A stretch of 64,000 nt of DNA, taken from the human T2T-CHM13v2.0 reference genome, Homo sapiens. The stretch is taken from the NCBI RefSeq assembly GCF_009914755.1, contig NC_060928.1; one strand, given 5' to 3'. The notes under the pieces are model-generated. The model saw only the letters and a list, made by a program, of their open reading frames with translations. It was not told where the DNA came from and searched no databases. The position numbers were made by a program, and so were the translations under genes. Every line of letters begins with the position of its first letter. Position 1 is the first letter of the stretch. This document shows positions 30,593 to 44,435 of the stretch, in pieces.

Positions 30593-33049
30593 CCTCACTT
30601 AGGAAAACAATTATTTAGATTTATGCTAATAAAATATGCAAATCCTATAAATTTCCCCTTAAAAATCTGAAAAGGACTTTTTTGGCTCAATTTTCACTTT
30701 TAAAATGCTATTTTTCATATCATTTGTCCTGCTAAGAGAATCATTTAGAAGGAATACTCATTCAGGTAAATGAATAGCTCATGGTTTTGAAGTTTTTTTA
30801 CCTAAAGATAACAGTAGAAAAGCAATGATAAGGAAATTGTTGAGGCAGGAAATTTAGATCACCATTCCCATCTAAATCAAGGAATATGTCCAAATCAGTA
30901 TATGTCATGTTTCTAGTCATCAGAGAAATCAAGGGAACCCACAACAATGTCAGATAATCTCACAGAGATTTGTCGTGCAAGATGTTTTCTGACGGATGGC
31001 ATCCCTGGGAGCGTATTTGATTATGTTCCTAGTATTTCACTTGTAAACAAATGTTTGTGTTGTTATCTTTAATAAGCCTCTAAGAGAAATCATAGATAAT
31101 TTGGAATAGCTTTTTTAAATGGGTCAAGTCTTCCTGATAATTTCAGACATTGATAAAGACAGTTTCTTCTTTCTGATAATTAGATGTTTCCTTAAACTTG
31201 AAAAACATGCAACAAAACTTAAGAGCTAATATGATTGAAATAATGGTGATAAAATGGTCTCATAATTTAGGTATCGTTTCTGTAGATGAGAACTGCTAAG
31301 GTAGGGAGGGCTATCTATAAAATAATATGAAATGCAGCATTTAAACCAATATATGTTCTGTGGTGTCAGTGTTCTTAACAGCAGGCTAATTATGTCTTAA
31401 TACTGCATGAATCATAATTTCATGGAATATGTTAATATAAAATCAAATTAGAGTAAGATTATTTCAAAATTTCAGTCTAGTGCCATTTGATACCATACTC
31501 CCTAGCTATAACTTTTCTACTATCCAGTTGAATTCTCCTTGTGAAAAAATATAATGGAAGCCCTAGCCATGTGCAACTGGAAGGATCTAAAGGTGAACTG
31601 TGCTGAGACAATACCTGTTACAAGCAGAGGGATTATCACAGGTGCCGTCTCAAGGCAACTCCACCATGCCCATCCTGTTCTGAAGGAGGCCTTTAGAAAC
31701 TAGAGTTTCTGTCTTTGATTCAGGACATCTCCAAGGCAGCATTACTTCCAAGGGAAACTAGTGATTCTTCAGAGGCCAGGTGGTCAAGGAATGTGAGGCT
31801 TTGAGGTACTCAGATTTATCCCTGCTTGATTCATTTCCAGAAGGTAGAAAAAGCGACATAAACCTGTCTGAATTTCATACTGGATTTAACAAAGTGCAAG
31901 GCACACAAGAGACATACAGTTAATGTTAGGTATTGATTGGCTGAGAATCAGGCCATATTTTTAACAGAATAAACTAAGGCAAAGTATAATTATCAGACTC
32001 CCCATATCCAATAAAATGTAAATCATTAAGGAGGGACCTACTGAAGTATCATTAGGATTAAAACTATTTGCGAGGGATGAGAAATATAAAACTTATTTAC
32101 TTGAAGTTACTGCTTCAAAAAATTTAAAATCATGTATCCAGCTAGAATTGGGAGAAACAAATAATATAAATGTAAACATTTTATCATTATGACTAGACAA
32201 AATTAATATTGCTTTGTATTATTATATAAATTATTTGTGATGTTTAAAACTGACAAAATTGTCATAAATAGTCGAATAATCAAAGTGTTTTCAGATTTTG
32301 GATTTCTGTCTTAAATTTGTTGGCTTGTGTCATTTCTTATGTACTAACTGTGATATAGGCACTTTAATATGGCAACATTTGTCTGAGAAGGGTCCTCCAG
32401 TAACATGGCTAAAAGCACCAATAAAGCACACACTTCATCCTGCTGTGTCTGCTGCTTCTGAGATGATGAAAGCATGTGTCATTTTTGGCTTGCTATACAG
32501 CATTAAAGACCTTGAAGACTTTTAAAGGGGATTATAAATGGTGGACTGTGGTAATACCTTTTATTAGTTTCCATTTGTTGGATTCCCTGTTATCTGTAAA
32601 TGTTATTAGTGGCTCAAATGTAACATTAGTGCCAATGGGTAAAACCTTTTAAGGGGACTGACTAACTTCTGGAAGACAGGGAAATAGTTCTATCTGTAAC
32701 TTTTCTTCATAAGTTAAGGTTATATTTTGTTTTTATTATCAGTCTGGTTAGTATTAAGAATATTGACTTATAAAATATTTGACTTCTAGTAAAATATTTT
32801 TATTATTTGAAATAATTTGCAGCTATCAAAAGGTACTTTCCATGTTGAAAACTGAGTCTGGTATGAGGGTGAAAATTGGGAAGAATCTGGTTATGATGTG
32901 AAAAGCTCTTGGCTTATAAACATTATCTACAGTTTCAGGTAAAAAGGCAATGGGTCAGACTAACAAGTCAAATGTCTAGGCTCTGAGCACAGCTGCTGAA
33001 GAGGAATTACTCCAGTTATTCAGTTTGGGTAATTTGGTAATGCATCTTT

Positions 33050-34130
<1,081 letters not shown>

Positions 34131-34364
34131 AAAGAGACATTTACCAAGATTTGGAAAAATGCTATCAAGTACTATAATAATTGAGGTTGACACACTGAAG
34201 TTACCTGACCATTATAAATCATAGAGGATAATCGCATGAAGAAAATATTTTCATCTGTTTTAAGTATTTCATTACTTAGATTGTTACTATCAGTCTAATA
34301 TGCATTATCTGCTATGTACATTTGTCATTCATTTTCCAGTCTAGTATGCACTAATTCAAAAGTA

Positions 34365-34528
34365 TTTTTATAGAGGGGTCTCACTATATTGTCCAGGCTG
34401 GAGGGCATTGCATAGTCTTAGGAGTGATCATTGCACACTACAGGTTCAAATTCCTGTGCTCAATTAATCCTCCTGCTTCAGCCTCCATCTCAGTAGCTGA
34501 CTACAGGCATATGCCAGCACTCCTGGCC
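34365..34528 (-). mobile_element. Alu monomer (FAM/FRAM-like)
   Basis: Single arm GGGTCTCACTATATTGTCCAGGCTGG...GTGATCATTGCACACTACAG...CCTGGCC with extra 7SL-derived segment. Confidence 0.8.
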
Positions 34529-34851
34529 AAACTATTTTTTTTAAACATGAGAAAAAGCCTGATATAAAATAAATGTGTGAGCCCTGAGTGTCACAAGAGA
34601 AATTTATACCTACCTCTCACCTATTTCTCACTCTATTTTTTCCACAAGTATGAACAAAACCTTCTTGATATTCATTGTTGTGGTTAGTATAAATTATTAA
34701 AACTGCTCAGAAACCTTGACAATGTCAAAACTCACAGCGTTAAAAATCCTGAGAAACAGGTTATATTGATAAAATATTTATGGTGAAAACTGAAGACTTT
34801 AGTAACTGGTGTCAAAATTTAATTAAACTATTTACTTTAGAATTCTCTATC

Positions 34852-35359
34852 TGTTTTAGCTAGCCTCCATGATGTTTGAAAAATCCTGACCTTCTGATAT
34901 CCATACCTTGTACAATCAGTCTCCTCCCACTTTGTATCAGGACTGGTCGCTATGACCAAACAGAATGGCGTGTCACTTAGGGTGGGCCATTGAAGATGGT
35001 GTGGTCTTTTCCTCTCTGATTGGTTGGGAGCTCTGGGGAAATCTGGATGTCATGCAGTAAGAAGTTCATGTTTTGAAGAACTAAGGTTTCTGTAACGCAA
35101 CTAATGAGAGAGAAAGGCATCTTACTAACAGCCATGTGAGTCAGGAAGTAGATCCTCCAGCCCTACATCAAACCTCTGGAAGACTGCAGCTTTGGCCAAC
35201 AGCTGGCCTAAAACCTCATTAGAAACCCCGAACCCCACTCACCAACTAAGCTACTTTAAAATTCTTGTCTTCCAGGGCTATGTGATAATAAATGTTTGTG
35301 GTTTTAAGCCACAAAATGGTTTGGGTTAATTTGTAGCACTGCAACAGAAAACTAATGCA
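34852..35359 (+). mobile_element. MLT1F-like MaLR LTR
   Basis: CAGCCATGTGAGT...GGAAGTAGATCCTCCAGCCC...GACTGCAGC; terminus AATAAATGTTTGTGGTTTTAAGCCAC...AACTAATGCA. Confidence 0.85.
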
Positions 35360-35845
35360 CTATTTTTTTTCCTAAAAAACAGAGAAAATAAATAAATTTT
35401 ACAAATCTGTGAGGATTTTTATATTTTGGATTAATTTATCAGAGAAAATATTAATATTAATTTTTATTATATTAATAATTCAGAGAAAATACTAATTGAA
35501 TTCAACTATTGTTAAAATTATGTTCAATATGTCCTTTGTTTCTCTCTAAGGCTTCCTGTTAATTCTTGATTTTGTTTTGTTGCATATTGAGGGGGAAATA
35601 AAGGTGCCATGAAATCATGCTCACAGTAATAAATCACTTTTGTGGAGGGGCTGATATAGAGATTGCCTGGGAAAAATGTTTTAGGACTTTCAATAGGATG
35701 TCTGTAGCTACAATTATGAAAAGATAAAAGAAATGGACAGTGCTGCTTGGGCTCAAGAGTCATAGTCCTAAATGTCTTATTAAGGAAATTGAAGGATATG
35801 GGGTAGAGGAAGAAAATGAGGAAATAAGCAAAAAGTGTAAGGCAG

Positions 35846-36176
35846 TATAATGGGCTGCATGCTTGTGCCCCCCCCAAATTCATCTGTTGATACTCTAACC
35901 CCCTTGGGATGGTACCAGGAGGTGAAGCTTTGGGTAAATAATTAGGTCCTGAGGGTGAAGCTCTCATGATAGGATTAGTGACTTTAAGAGCACGAGGCGT
36001 GACAGCTTTTTTCCTCTGCCTCTTTCTCTCTCTGCAGTTCACCAAGTGAGGGCAACCCAGCCATGTTGGCACCCTGCTCTCAGATTTTTCAGCCTCCAGA
36101 ACTATGAGAAATAAATTTCTTTTGTTTAAGCCATCCAGTTTATAGTATATTTGTTACAGCAGCCTGAACTAAGACT
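35846..36176 (+). mobile_element. MLT1A-like MaLR solo LTR
   Basis: CAGCCTCCAGAACTATGAGAAATAAATTTC...CAGCAGCCTGAACTAAGAC; perfect 5-bp TSD GGCAG at 35841-35845 and 36177-36181. Confidence 0.9.
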
Positions 36177-36354
36177 GGCAGCATTTGGAGAGTGTATCTG
36201 CTAACACCAGGTCTATGAAATGCACGGTGGGGAAATAAAAGAGAGGAGAATGAGCAATTCAGAAAAATTATGGCAAAATCTCATTGAAAAAAATCACAAT
36301 GAACATTTGCACTGTAAAAGAAAATGAAAACCAATTTACCTTACTTTGACACAC

Positions 36355-36732
36355 TGTGTTAGGCAGCTAGAGCTGCCATAATAGAATAACATACTGGGTG
36401 GCTTAAACAACAAACGTATTTTCTCACAATTCTGGCGGCTAATAGTCCAAGATCAAGGTGTTGGTGTACTTGGTTTTTCCCGAGGTCTTTCTTCTTGGCC
36501 TGCAGATAACCATCTCACTGTGTCCTCACATGGCCTTTAGTTTGTGCTTGAGCCTCGCTGGTGCCTCTCTCTGTCCTCTTCTATAAAGACAACAGTTAGA
36601 TTGGATTAGGGATTCATGTAACCCTAATTACCTTTGTAAAGGCCCTATATCCAAATACAGTCACATTCTGAGGTACTGGGAATTAGGGTTCCAATGTAGG
36701 GATTTTAGGGGGACATAATTTAGTCCATAACA
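36355..36732 (-). mobile_element. MLT1B/A-like MaLR solo LTR
   Basis: CTGGGTGGCTTAAACAACA...TCCAAGATCAAGGTG...CCAAATACAGTCACATTCTGAGGTACTGGG...TAGTCCATAACA. Confidence 0.9.
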
Positions 36733-36984
36733 CCCACCCTTCTCAGAGATGTGACTGCGATCATCTTTACTCAGATTAAAGAGTATCCCTGATAGCTAAG
36801 ATTTCATCACATTTGTTCCAAAAGTACCTGGCTGAGAGAGAAACAAAAGTGTTCCTTACACAAAAATATTCTCTAATAAACTGATTACTTAAAGATGAAT
36901 GCTACTTCAACAGTTTACCATACGTAACATGAGAATGTATCCCCATCCATCTTAATCAACACTTTGGTCCCTCTTTAAGTGAGG

Positions 36985-37525
36985 CCACAGTCCAGAAAAG
37001 AGAGATCACTCTGCTAGTTTCAAATAGGTGGTGTTTAATCCAGAGAAATATTTCCGAAGTTGTTGAAAGGACTTCAAAAATAAAGGAACAAAGAGGGGTC
37101 ATTACAGGAAGAAAAAGAAAGAAAACTTAATAATGAGGAACTGTCGCCACTCCTACTCTAGAATCTATAAGCCTACAACTGCTGCTCTATTGGGAGATAT
37201 TGTTACACTTGGATTTGGAGCCAAAAAAAAAAAAAAACAAAAAAAGAGCACAATGACCAGGGCTGGGAGTGTGAACAAGTGTGCCTCTGCCTGGGCTGCA
37301 AGAATTTGTAAATATCTTACCCTTGTTGTCTCAAGACAACCTTCAGCAACTCATACTTAGACATCAGACGGAAGTTTCTTTCTCCTTTCTGCCTTGTGAT
37401 TTCCTACCACTGCTTCCTACTGGCAATGCCCAGAGGAAGCACCCAAGCAAGGGAGCCTGGGAAACATCTGAGACTCTCAGCTTAGCAGTTAGAAGTTGAG
37501 AGATAACCAGTAAATATCTAGTACA
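36985..37525 (-). mobile_element. Ancient ERVL-type LTR (LTR33-like)
   Basis: CCACTGCTTCCTACTGGCAATGCCCAGAGGAAGC...CAAGGGAGCCTGGGAAA resembles LTR33-group LTRs. Confidence 0.5.
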
Positions 37526-38756
37526 GTAGCAGCACAGTCTATGGCCAATTGTACTGTATAGTTAAACAATGCAAATACAGTGCAATCATTGCAAACAAAA
37601 TAAAAATGTTGTGAGTAATACAATGACTGATTTGAATATCAGAAGATTAAGAAGACATTACAAATTAAATTAGTTTTCAGATACTTTTGTAAAATGATCC
37701 TCATAAATTTTATAAAATTCAAATGTGATGTTTAGGATGTGATATGATTGTATTTGATAATATTGGTAGAAAAACTATGTAAAAAATTAAAATACTTTTA
37801 AATAAAATTAGCACGTTATAAAACTAACTTAATTTTTGTTAAATAGATAATGGTCTTCACTGATTTTTATTATTTTTCGTTTTATTTTGTAAGATAAATG
37901 CAAATCAAGAAATTAAAGGTATTTACTGTGCAAATAAATTCCATTTTCTAAGTGGGGGATTTATTTTAATTGTACTTATCCTGCTGCCAATTTCATTCAG
38001 ATAATGAGGAACTTCTGTAATGCCTATCAACACGCTACAAAAACATTTTTTACAGAACATGTTTTGTGGAAAATTAGTGTAAGAATAAGTCAGAGTTGTC
38101 AAAATGACTGCTTTTTTATGGGCTGAGGGAATTTGGTTTATTTTATGTCCAACGTGAATTTTCAGGATGGTGATTCAGGAGTGTGTGATTAGGTACAGTA
38201 GTTTTGTAGGGCTAAAATATGAACCAAAGAACTTGTATGTTACTCTTCTAGGCAGTGATTCTGATATATATGCTGTGGGTTTTGGGTCAATATTAGTATG
38301 TTTGTTGCTTATGAGTTCCTACAGTTTTGTACTCCCATGACTTAGAGCAAGGTTAGCCTAGAGTATATTTTTGAAGCAATAAAATAATGTTTTATTGAAA
38401 GTCTGTTCTTGTGTATTTCACTGATATCCACATGATTTCTTCTACTTTTTTTCTATATTGCTAAGGGAGGTAGGCAGATGGTAAGATAAATGTTTCAAGC
38501 ATGTTAAATTTAAACCTGACATTTCTGATTACCTTGGCAGATACTGCCATTGATTTACCACAATGTAATTTTGGGAGAAATGATTTTAATGTTTTTAATG
38601 TTTTATATAAAATTTAGTTTTAACACTAAAAATCAAATGAAAAAATACATTTGTATGATACATAGCTAATAGCTGTATATATGCTTAATTTAATATCATA
38701 CTGTTAAAAATTATGAAGTAATTTTATGAGTTATAATCAGGATTCTCAAACTAATA

Positions 38757-39434
38757 CTTTCATAAACTTAATAATGTTATCAAGTTTATGAAATTATAAG
38801 TGAAAACTCACACAGAGACAGATTTCTGAGCTGTGACCTTTTTAATGCTCAAATATAAGAGAGGTCTCTTAGGGGTTTCATTTCTGAAACTATGACTAAG
38901 CCATGTTCGGTTGTGCCAAGTGACTCATTAATCATAAAAAGAATATTTAGGATGCATGTGGTGATCCATCTGGGCAAGTGACCTAGAGAGGAAAGAAATT
39001 TGCTTATCTCTACAGTGTCTACTTGAGAAGTCTAGTGTTTTATCTCTGCCTTCAAACACTCATTGTCTTCCTGGGAGGAAGAAATGGACAACTTAATTTT
39101 TAGACTAACTGCAAGAGTACCATGGCCATTCTGAAACTTTGCTGAGAAGAGAAATAATGAGACATAGGATAATAATTTATATGTGCTTTATGTATAAGAG
39201 GATAAACTGTTCTCATCTTTGGATGAATAGTAGAGCTGGAGTTAACTGGATCAACTTTTAACAAGAAAATCCCTTTGCTTCCTTACTAGTGAGTCTTTCA
39301 TAAGCATAGTAATGTTATCAAGTTTATGGAATTATTAGTAAAAATTCATGTGGAGCCAGATTTCTGAGCTATGACCTTTATAATGTTCATATAAGAAAGG
39401 TCTCTGAGGGGTTGTATTTCTGAAAGTATGACTA
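38757..39434 (+). repeat. Diverged ~140-bp direct repeat pair (38757-38898 and 39295-39434)
   Basis: Shared TAATGTTATCAAGTTTATG, CAGATTTCTGAGCT(G/A)TGACCTTT, AGGTCTCT, ATTTCTGAAA(C/G)TATGACTA. Confidence 0.88.
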
Positions 39435-39879
39435 TGAAACTATGAAAATATTCTTGGAATTGAAATATTCTTGGAAATATATTCTTGGAATTTTTAGACA
39501 AGATGGTGGCATTAACAGATTTTGAAACCTGAAAGTCTGCCTCAAGCATATTCAAGAGAGGTAAAATTTAGAAAAATACTATTAAAGTACATGTCTATGT
39601 GTAAAAAGAAGATAAATACTTTCATAAGCATATTAAAATGAAATTCAAACCTCTACATTTTCCCTGAAGTCACAATGTACTATAAAAGCTAGTATTAAAA
39701 GCTTGTGTTTTTGTCTAAGTGAATGCTGGGGTCAAATATATACCGTGAATATCAGAAAAATGACTCTGAGCTCTATGTTTGAGGTGGAGTGTGGTGTTAT
39801 GCTTCTTAATCAAAAATAAGAAAGAAATGTCTCTATCCATCTCCTACGAGTCTGTAGAAAATTTACGGTTGCTTATATC

Positions 39880-40600
39880 CAGAAAAAGAACCAAATGCAT
39901 ACACTAAAGATTCCAAACAGAGCCAGCCTCTGGCCTGAAGCTGTTAATACAAGGCTTACTTTAGAGATATGAACGTCAAATATCTTGCAATTAAGTAACT
40001 AATAAAAATTATTGAACAAAGAATAGAAACCTCTTCACAAAAGTTTGTATTTCAAACAGAAATTGCAAAATTCATTAAGAAATACTGTGCCATGTAATGT
40101 AAATCCAAGATGCAAAACAGGAAACAACACATTCAAGAAAATAAAGAGAATATAATAACTTAAAAAGAGGTTAAGTTGTGATTAAAGTTTTCAGATTATA
40201 AGTAGAAACGACATCTATTGAAGGTTTTGAGTTAAGAAGAGTTAAGTTTAAAACAAGTTATCTGGGAATAATAATGGAAATATGGTAAATGGAATAGTGA
40301 AATAAACAATGGTTTTAGCAAACTGAAAAGAGGATCCTGATTTAGATAAAAATTTTCAAATCCATCTGCATGCAAAGTGGATAAATGAAAGTAAGGAAAA
40401 TATAGGAAAAAAGTTACAGACAAAAAAGATAATCTAAGTATTTTCAACCAATGGCTATAAAGATTTTCCAAAGGAAATTATGGAAAGACTGGAGAAGAAG
40501 AACAAGAATTAAGAAAAAAATGACTGAAAATTTCCAGAACTAAGTAAAGAATCTAATTCTTAAAACCAAACAAGCAAACAAAAAACCTCAATGTTCGGTA
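39880..40600 (+). mobile_element. Very old L1/HAL1 ORF1-like remnant
   Basis: A-rich, AAAAAATGACTGAAAATTTCCAGAACTAAG resembles the ORF1 ENFPEL region. Confidence 0.45.
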
Positions 40601-40878
40601 TGGTTACAAAATAACTTCAGAGGCTAACAGCAGGTTGGTGGCTATTGAATCTCATGATATTCTCCTGCCAAAACAGGTAGAAGCAAGTGTACATAATAAA
40701 ACTCACGGATAACCTCTGCAACAAAAATAAATGATACAACATTATAATAAACACCAAAGGAGGAGGGGATAATCCCAAACCATCTACAGAAGCAAGATCT
40801 TAATAGTGTCCCCAATCATGTAGAAAGAAATGGAGAGAAGTCAAAGAGACTTCTGATGTCCCTGAAAACCAGAGACCC

Positions 40879-41324
40879 TGTTGTAGTTTGAAATGTGATT
40901 TCTCAAAAAGATACATGGAAGTCCTAACCCCAGTATGCCAAATGTGGTCTTATTTGGAATTGGGGTCTTTACAGAAATCAGATTAAAACCAGATAATTAG
41001 GGTGAGCTGTAATCTAATATAACGGCTGTCCTTATAAGAAGGGGAAATTTAGACACAGAGACAGACACACACAAGGGAGAAAGTCATGTAAATATGAAGG
41101 CAGAAATTGGGTTGATGAATTTACATGCCAAGGAAAACCATTGCCAGGAAACCACCAGAAGCTTAGGAAAATATATGGAACAGATTCTCCCTCATGTCCA
41201 TCAGAAAGAACCAACCCTTTCCACACCTTGATCTCAGACTTCTAGTTTCTGAACTGTCAAACAATAAATTAAGGCACCCAGTCTGTGGTACTTTATTATG
41301 GCAGCAAAATAGCAAAAAAGATAT
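40879..41324 (+). mobile_element. MLT1C/B-like MaLR LTR
   Basis: GTCTTATTTGGAATTGGGGTCTTTACAGA, CCACCAGAAGCTTAGG, CACCTTGATCTCAGACTTCTAG, CAGTCTGTGGTACTTTATTATGGCAGC. Confidence 0.88.
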
Positions 41325-41654
41325 CAAATTGCCAAAGAGTACACAGGCCAAACTTGAGGAATTTTCTACTTGGTATGGAATGCTCAAAGATTCAATATAA
41401 AAACAGCTTCTGAAAAAAGAGGGGGCTTTGAAGATTCCAGTTTGTGGGTGAGTACAAAGGGACTACTAAAATGTCATCTCAATCAAATGATGTACGTTCT
41501 ATGGAAAAGCTTTACCTTAAGAGAAACACTGGCCATATGGCTCATTCTTTTCATATTTCCATTCACGCAATTCTGCCAAAAATTCTGATAGTTTATCTGT
41601 TCTATAATAGCAGCTATGCCTGGTTATGCCTAGATTGTCAGCCTCTTGACTTGC

Positions 41655-42072
41655 CGTATCAGTCCATTCTCTCATTGCTATAACGGAATACCTGAGACTG
41701 GGTAATTTATAAAGAAAAGAGCTTTAATTGGCTCATAGTTCTGCAGACTGTACAGAAAGCACAGCAGCTTCTGCTTCTGTAGGGGTCTCAGGAAACTCCT
41801 AATCATGGCAGAAGGCAAAAGAGGAGTGAGGTGTCTCACATGGTGGGAGCAGGAGCAAGAGAGAGTGAGCAGGGAGGTGCCACACTTTAAATGACCAGAT
41901 CTCATGAGAGCTCACTCACTTCATGAGGACAGTACTGCGGGGGAATGGGGTTACACCATTCATGAGAAATCCATCCCCATGATCCAATCATCTCCCTCCA
42001 GGCCCCACCTCTAATATTGGAGATTATAATTCCACAGGAGATTTGGTGGGGACGCAGATCCAAACAATATCA
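41655..42072 (-). mobile_element. MSTA/MSTB solo LTR
   Basis: AATACCTGAGACTGGGTAATTTATAAAGAAAAGAG...CAGATCCAAACAATATCA; TSD-like CTTGC/CTTTC. Confidence 0.92.
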
Positions 42073-44435
42073 CTTTCACCCAAAATTGGCAAATGCCAAT
42101 GCTCCCTGGAGAAAAACTAAATGCAGAATTGAATTTTGGATCCATCCTTTGGCCCTCTCCTTTCAGTATTATTAGTCTTTCTTATTCTGGCATTATGATA
42201 TATCTAAAAATGGATGTATATTTTTACATTAACAATTTTTTGAATTATTCATGATGGAGGTGTTTGTTTAAGTTTTTGTACTCAAAATTAGAAGTTAGTG
42301 TTGTCTTATGTTGCAACTGATAATATATATTCCAAAATGATTTCTAGACAGTGCTCCTCTCAGTCTCTCTTTCTTTTTCATATATATATATATAAATATA
42401 TATTTATATGATATAGATGTTGCTTTTCATAGTTTTGATAAGAAGAATTAAATGTGACATTTGACCTGACCTATAAATTTGAATATAGACCTCTATAAAA
42501 ATTAATTAATGCAATGAAGTTTCTAAAATATAGATACTATTTTTTGCTACTGTATCTTAAAAGGGCTTCAGGTCAGCCACACAATTTATACTTGTGTCAT
42601 TTCCTCTTTTTAAGATAAATGTATTTAATTCATAGTGCTAAATTTCCATCAAGAATCACGACTTCACACCACAACTCTCCTTAAAATAAATGAGGAAAAT
42701 TTTTTCCTCAGCATTTATTCATTTAGATTTATCTTCGGGAGAAATAAGATAGAAGTCTGTAGGTCCTCATTAAAATTCAGGTAAGCCTGCTGATCTGCTG
42801 TTTTTGAAGTGATCCTAGATTCTGTGGTTAAGTTTGATATAATTTTACAAATTTATATCTGTTCTGTGTTAAATCTTTAATTAACATATTTTATGAGAGT
42901 AAGAATAGTGAACTTTCTTTAGGATATCTTGAGAACTAAATATCTTGCATTAGTTATTTGTGCTAATTTACAGTATTAGAAATATCTGAAGCAGTCCAAT
43001 ATACCCACGCCCTTCTATACAAAAATATGTGAAATGTATCAAGAGCTCATAATATATAAAACCAATTATTCACATCTCTTACTTTTTTCCAGAATTGAAA
43101 AACGTATACAAAATGGTTTATCTTAATTTCTCTAAAGTTTGTATTCAAAAGATGAACCCATTTACATTATTAATGTTACCCTAAGTGAAAAGAAAAGCAA
43201 GAACCCAAATGTTTCCCCCACTCAAATCCTGTACCAAAATACACAAATATAAATTATTTTTTCCTAAAACATCTTTCAGTGAACCGCAGTTCAGTTCAAG
43301 GTAAAGACTACCTAGCAATACAAAAATGAGCATATACAGTTTATTTCCTAATTCATCCTGTTACATGTTTTTTCTTTTTATCTATTAATAAAAAAGTCAT
43401 TGCAGCACAACAACATTTACTGTTTACAAACAGTCATATAGCAATTCAGTTAAAAGTTTTATAAATTGTTTGATTTTATAAATAGGATTATTTTCCACTT
43501 ATTATACAAGGGGTTTAGTACATTATATTCATGAACACTAAAATGAGTTTGGTGACTAATTCCCTTTTCTGCTACCAGACTGGAAAATTTCCCATAAATT
43601 GTATTTGTGTTCTGTTTGTCAGAGCCATCTGCTTAGCCTTCACTCCACTTTTTGTTTCAGCCAAGATGAAATTAAAATTGACAGAAGTGTCTACTATGAA
43701 AAAAAGCAACACAGATAATTGGGGAGTGGAATGAAGTGTGCAACATTGTTTTGCATCCAGCACCTTTCTTCTAATAGTGTTCTGAATTCAAAGGTTCTGA
43801 GAGTTGCCGAGAAGAATTAGTTTATAAAGAGCACGTTTAAATGTTTTAGAAGTGTTAAAGATGTATAAATATACATTTTATTTAATGAAAAAATTAGCAA
43901 TTTAAAGTTTCATACTAAAAAATACTCATTCCTAATTGAGAACAACGGTTAACTCTCATATTTTCTCCTCCCTTGTACAGACCTAAGATTCTGAAGCAAT
44001 GTTATTATTTAATGATAAACACTGAACTATACTTTTCTAACAAAGGTTTTAATGATCTCAATAGATTGTAGCTCTGGTTCATAGTCACAGGGAAAGCTAA
44101 GCTTATCAGTTCATTATAAGAGAGGAAATGACGAAGAAATAGTGACCTGTGAAGACCTAATTTAACTTTATATTAAATTATTTGAAGATGGAAGAAAAGT
44201 AATGCTATGACATCTATTGGAAGACATTTAAGGAAAATTGCAATTGTATCACTCTCTAGAATGAAATATATTTCTCATATTTCTCATCACCTGGCTTTAA
44301 GTAAGTGATATCAGTTACAACCAAAAGAGATTCATCCTTGTTCTGGCAGGACTTAAGGAAGATTAACTTTCCTTAAGGGAGGTTGCTTGATAATACTCAC
44401 TTGAGATCAGTCATTTCAATATAGCTATCACCCAA

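Noticed and set aside
35524-36072. Longest ORF in the window (182 aa)
   Set aside because: Starts in an antisense MLT1A LTR and runs into AT-rich flank; no recognisable domain
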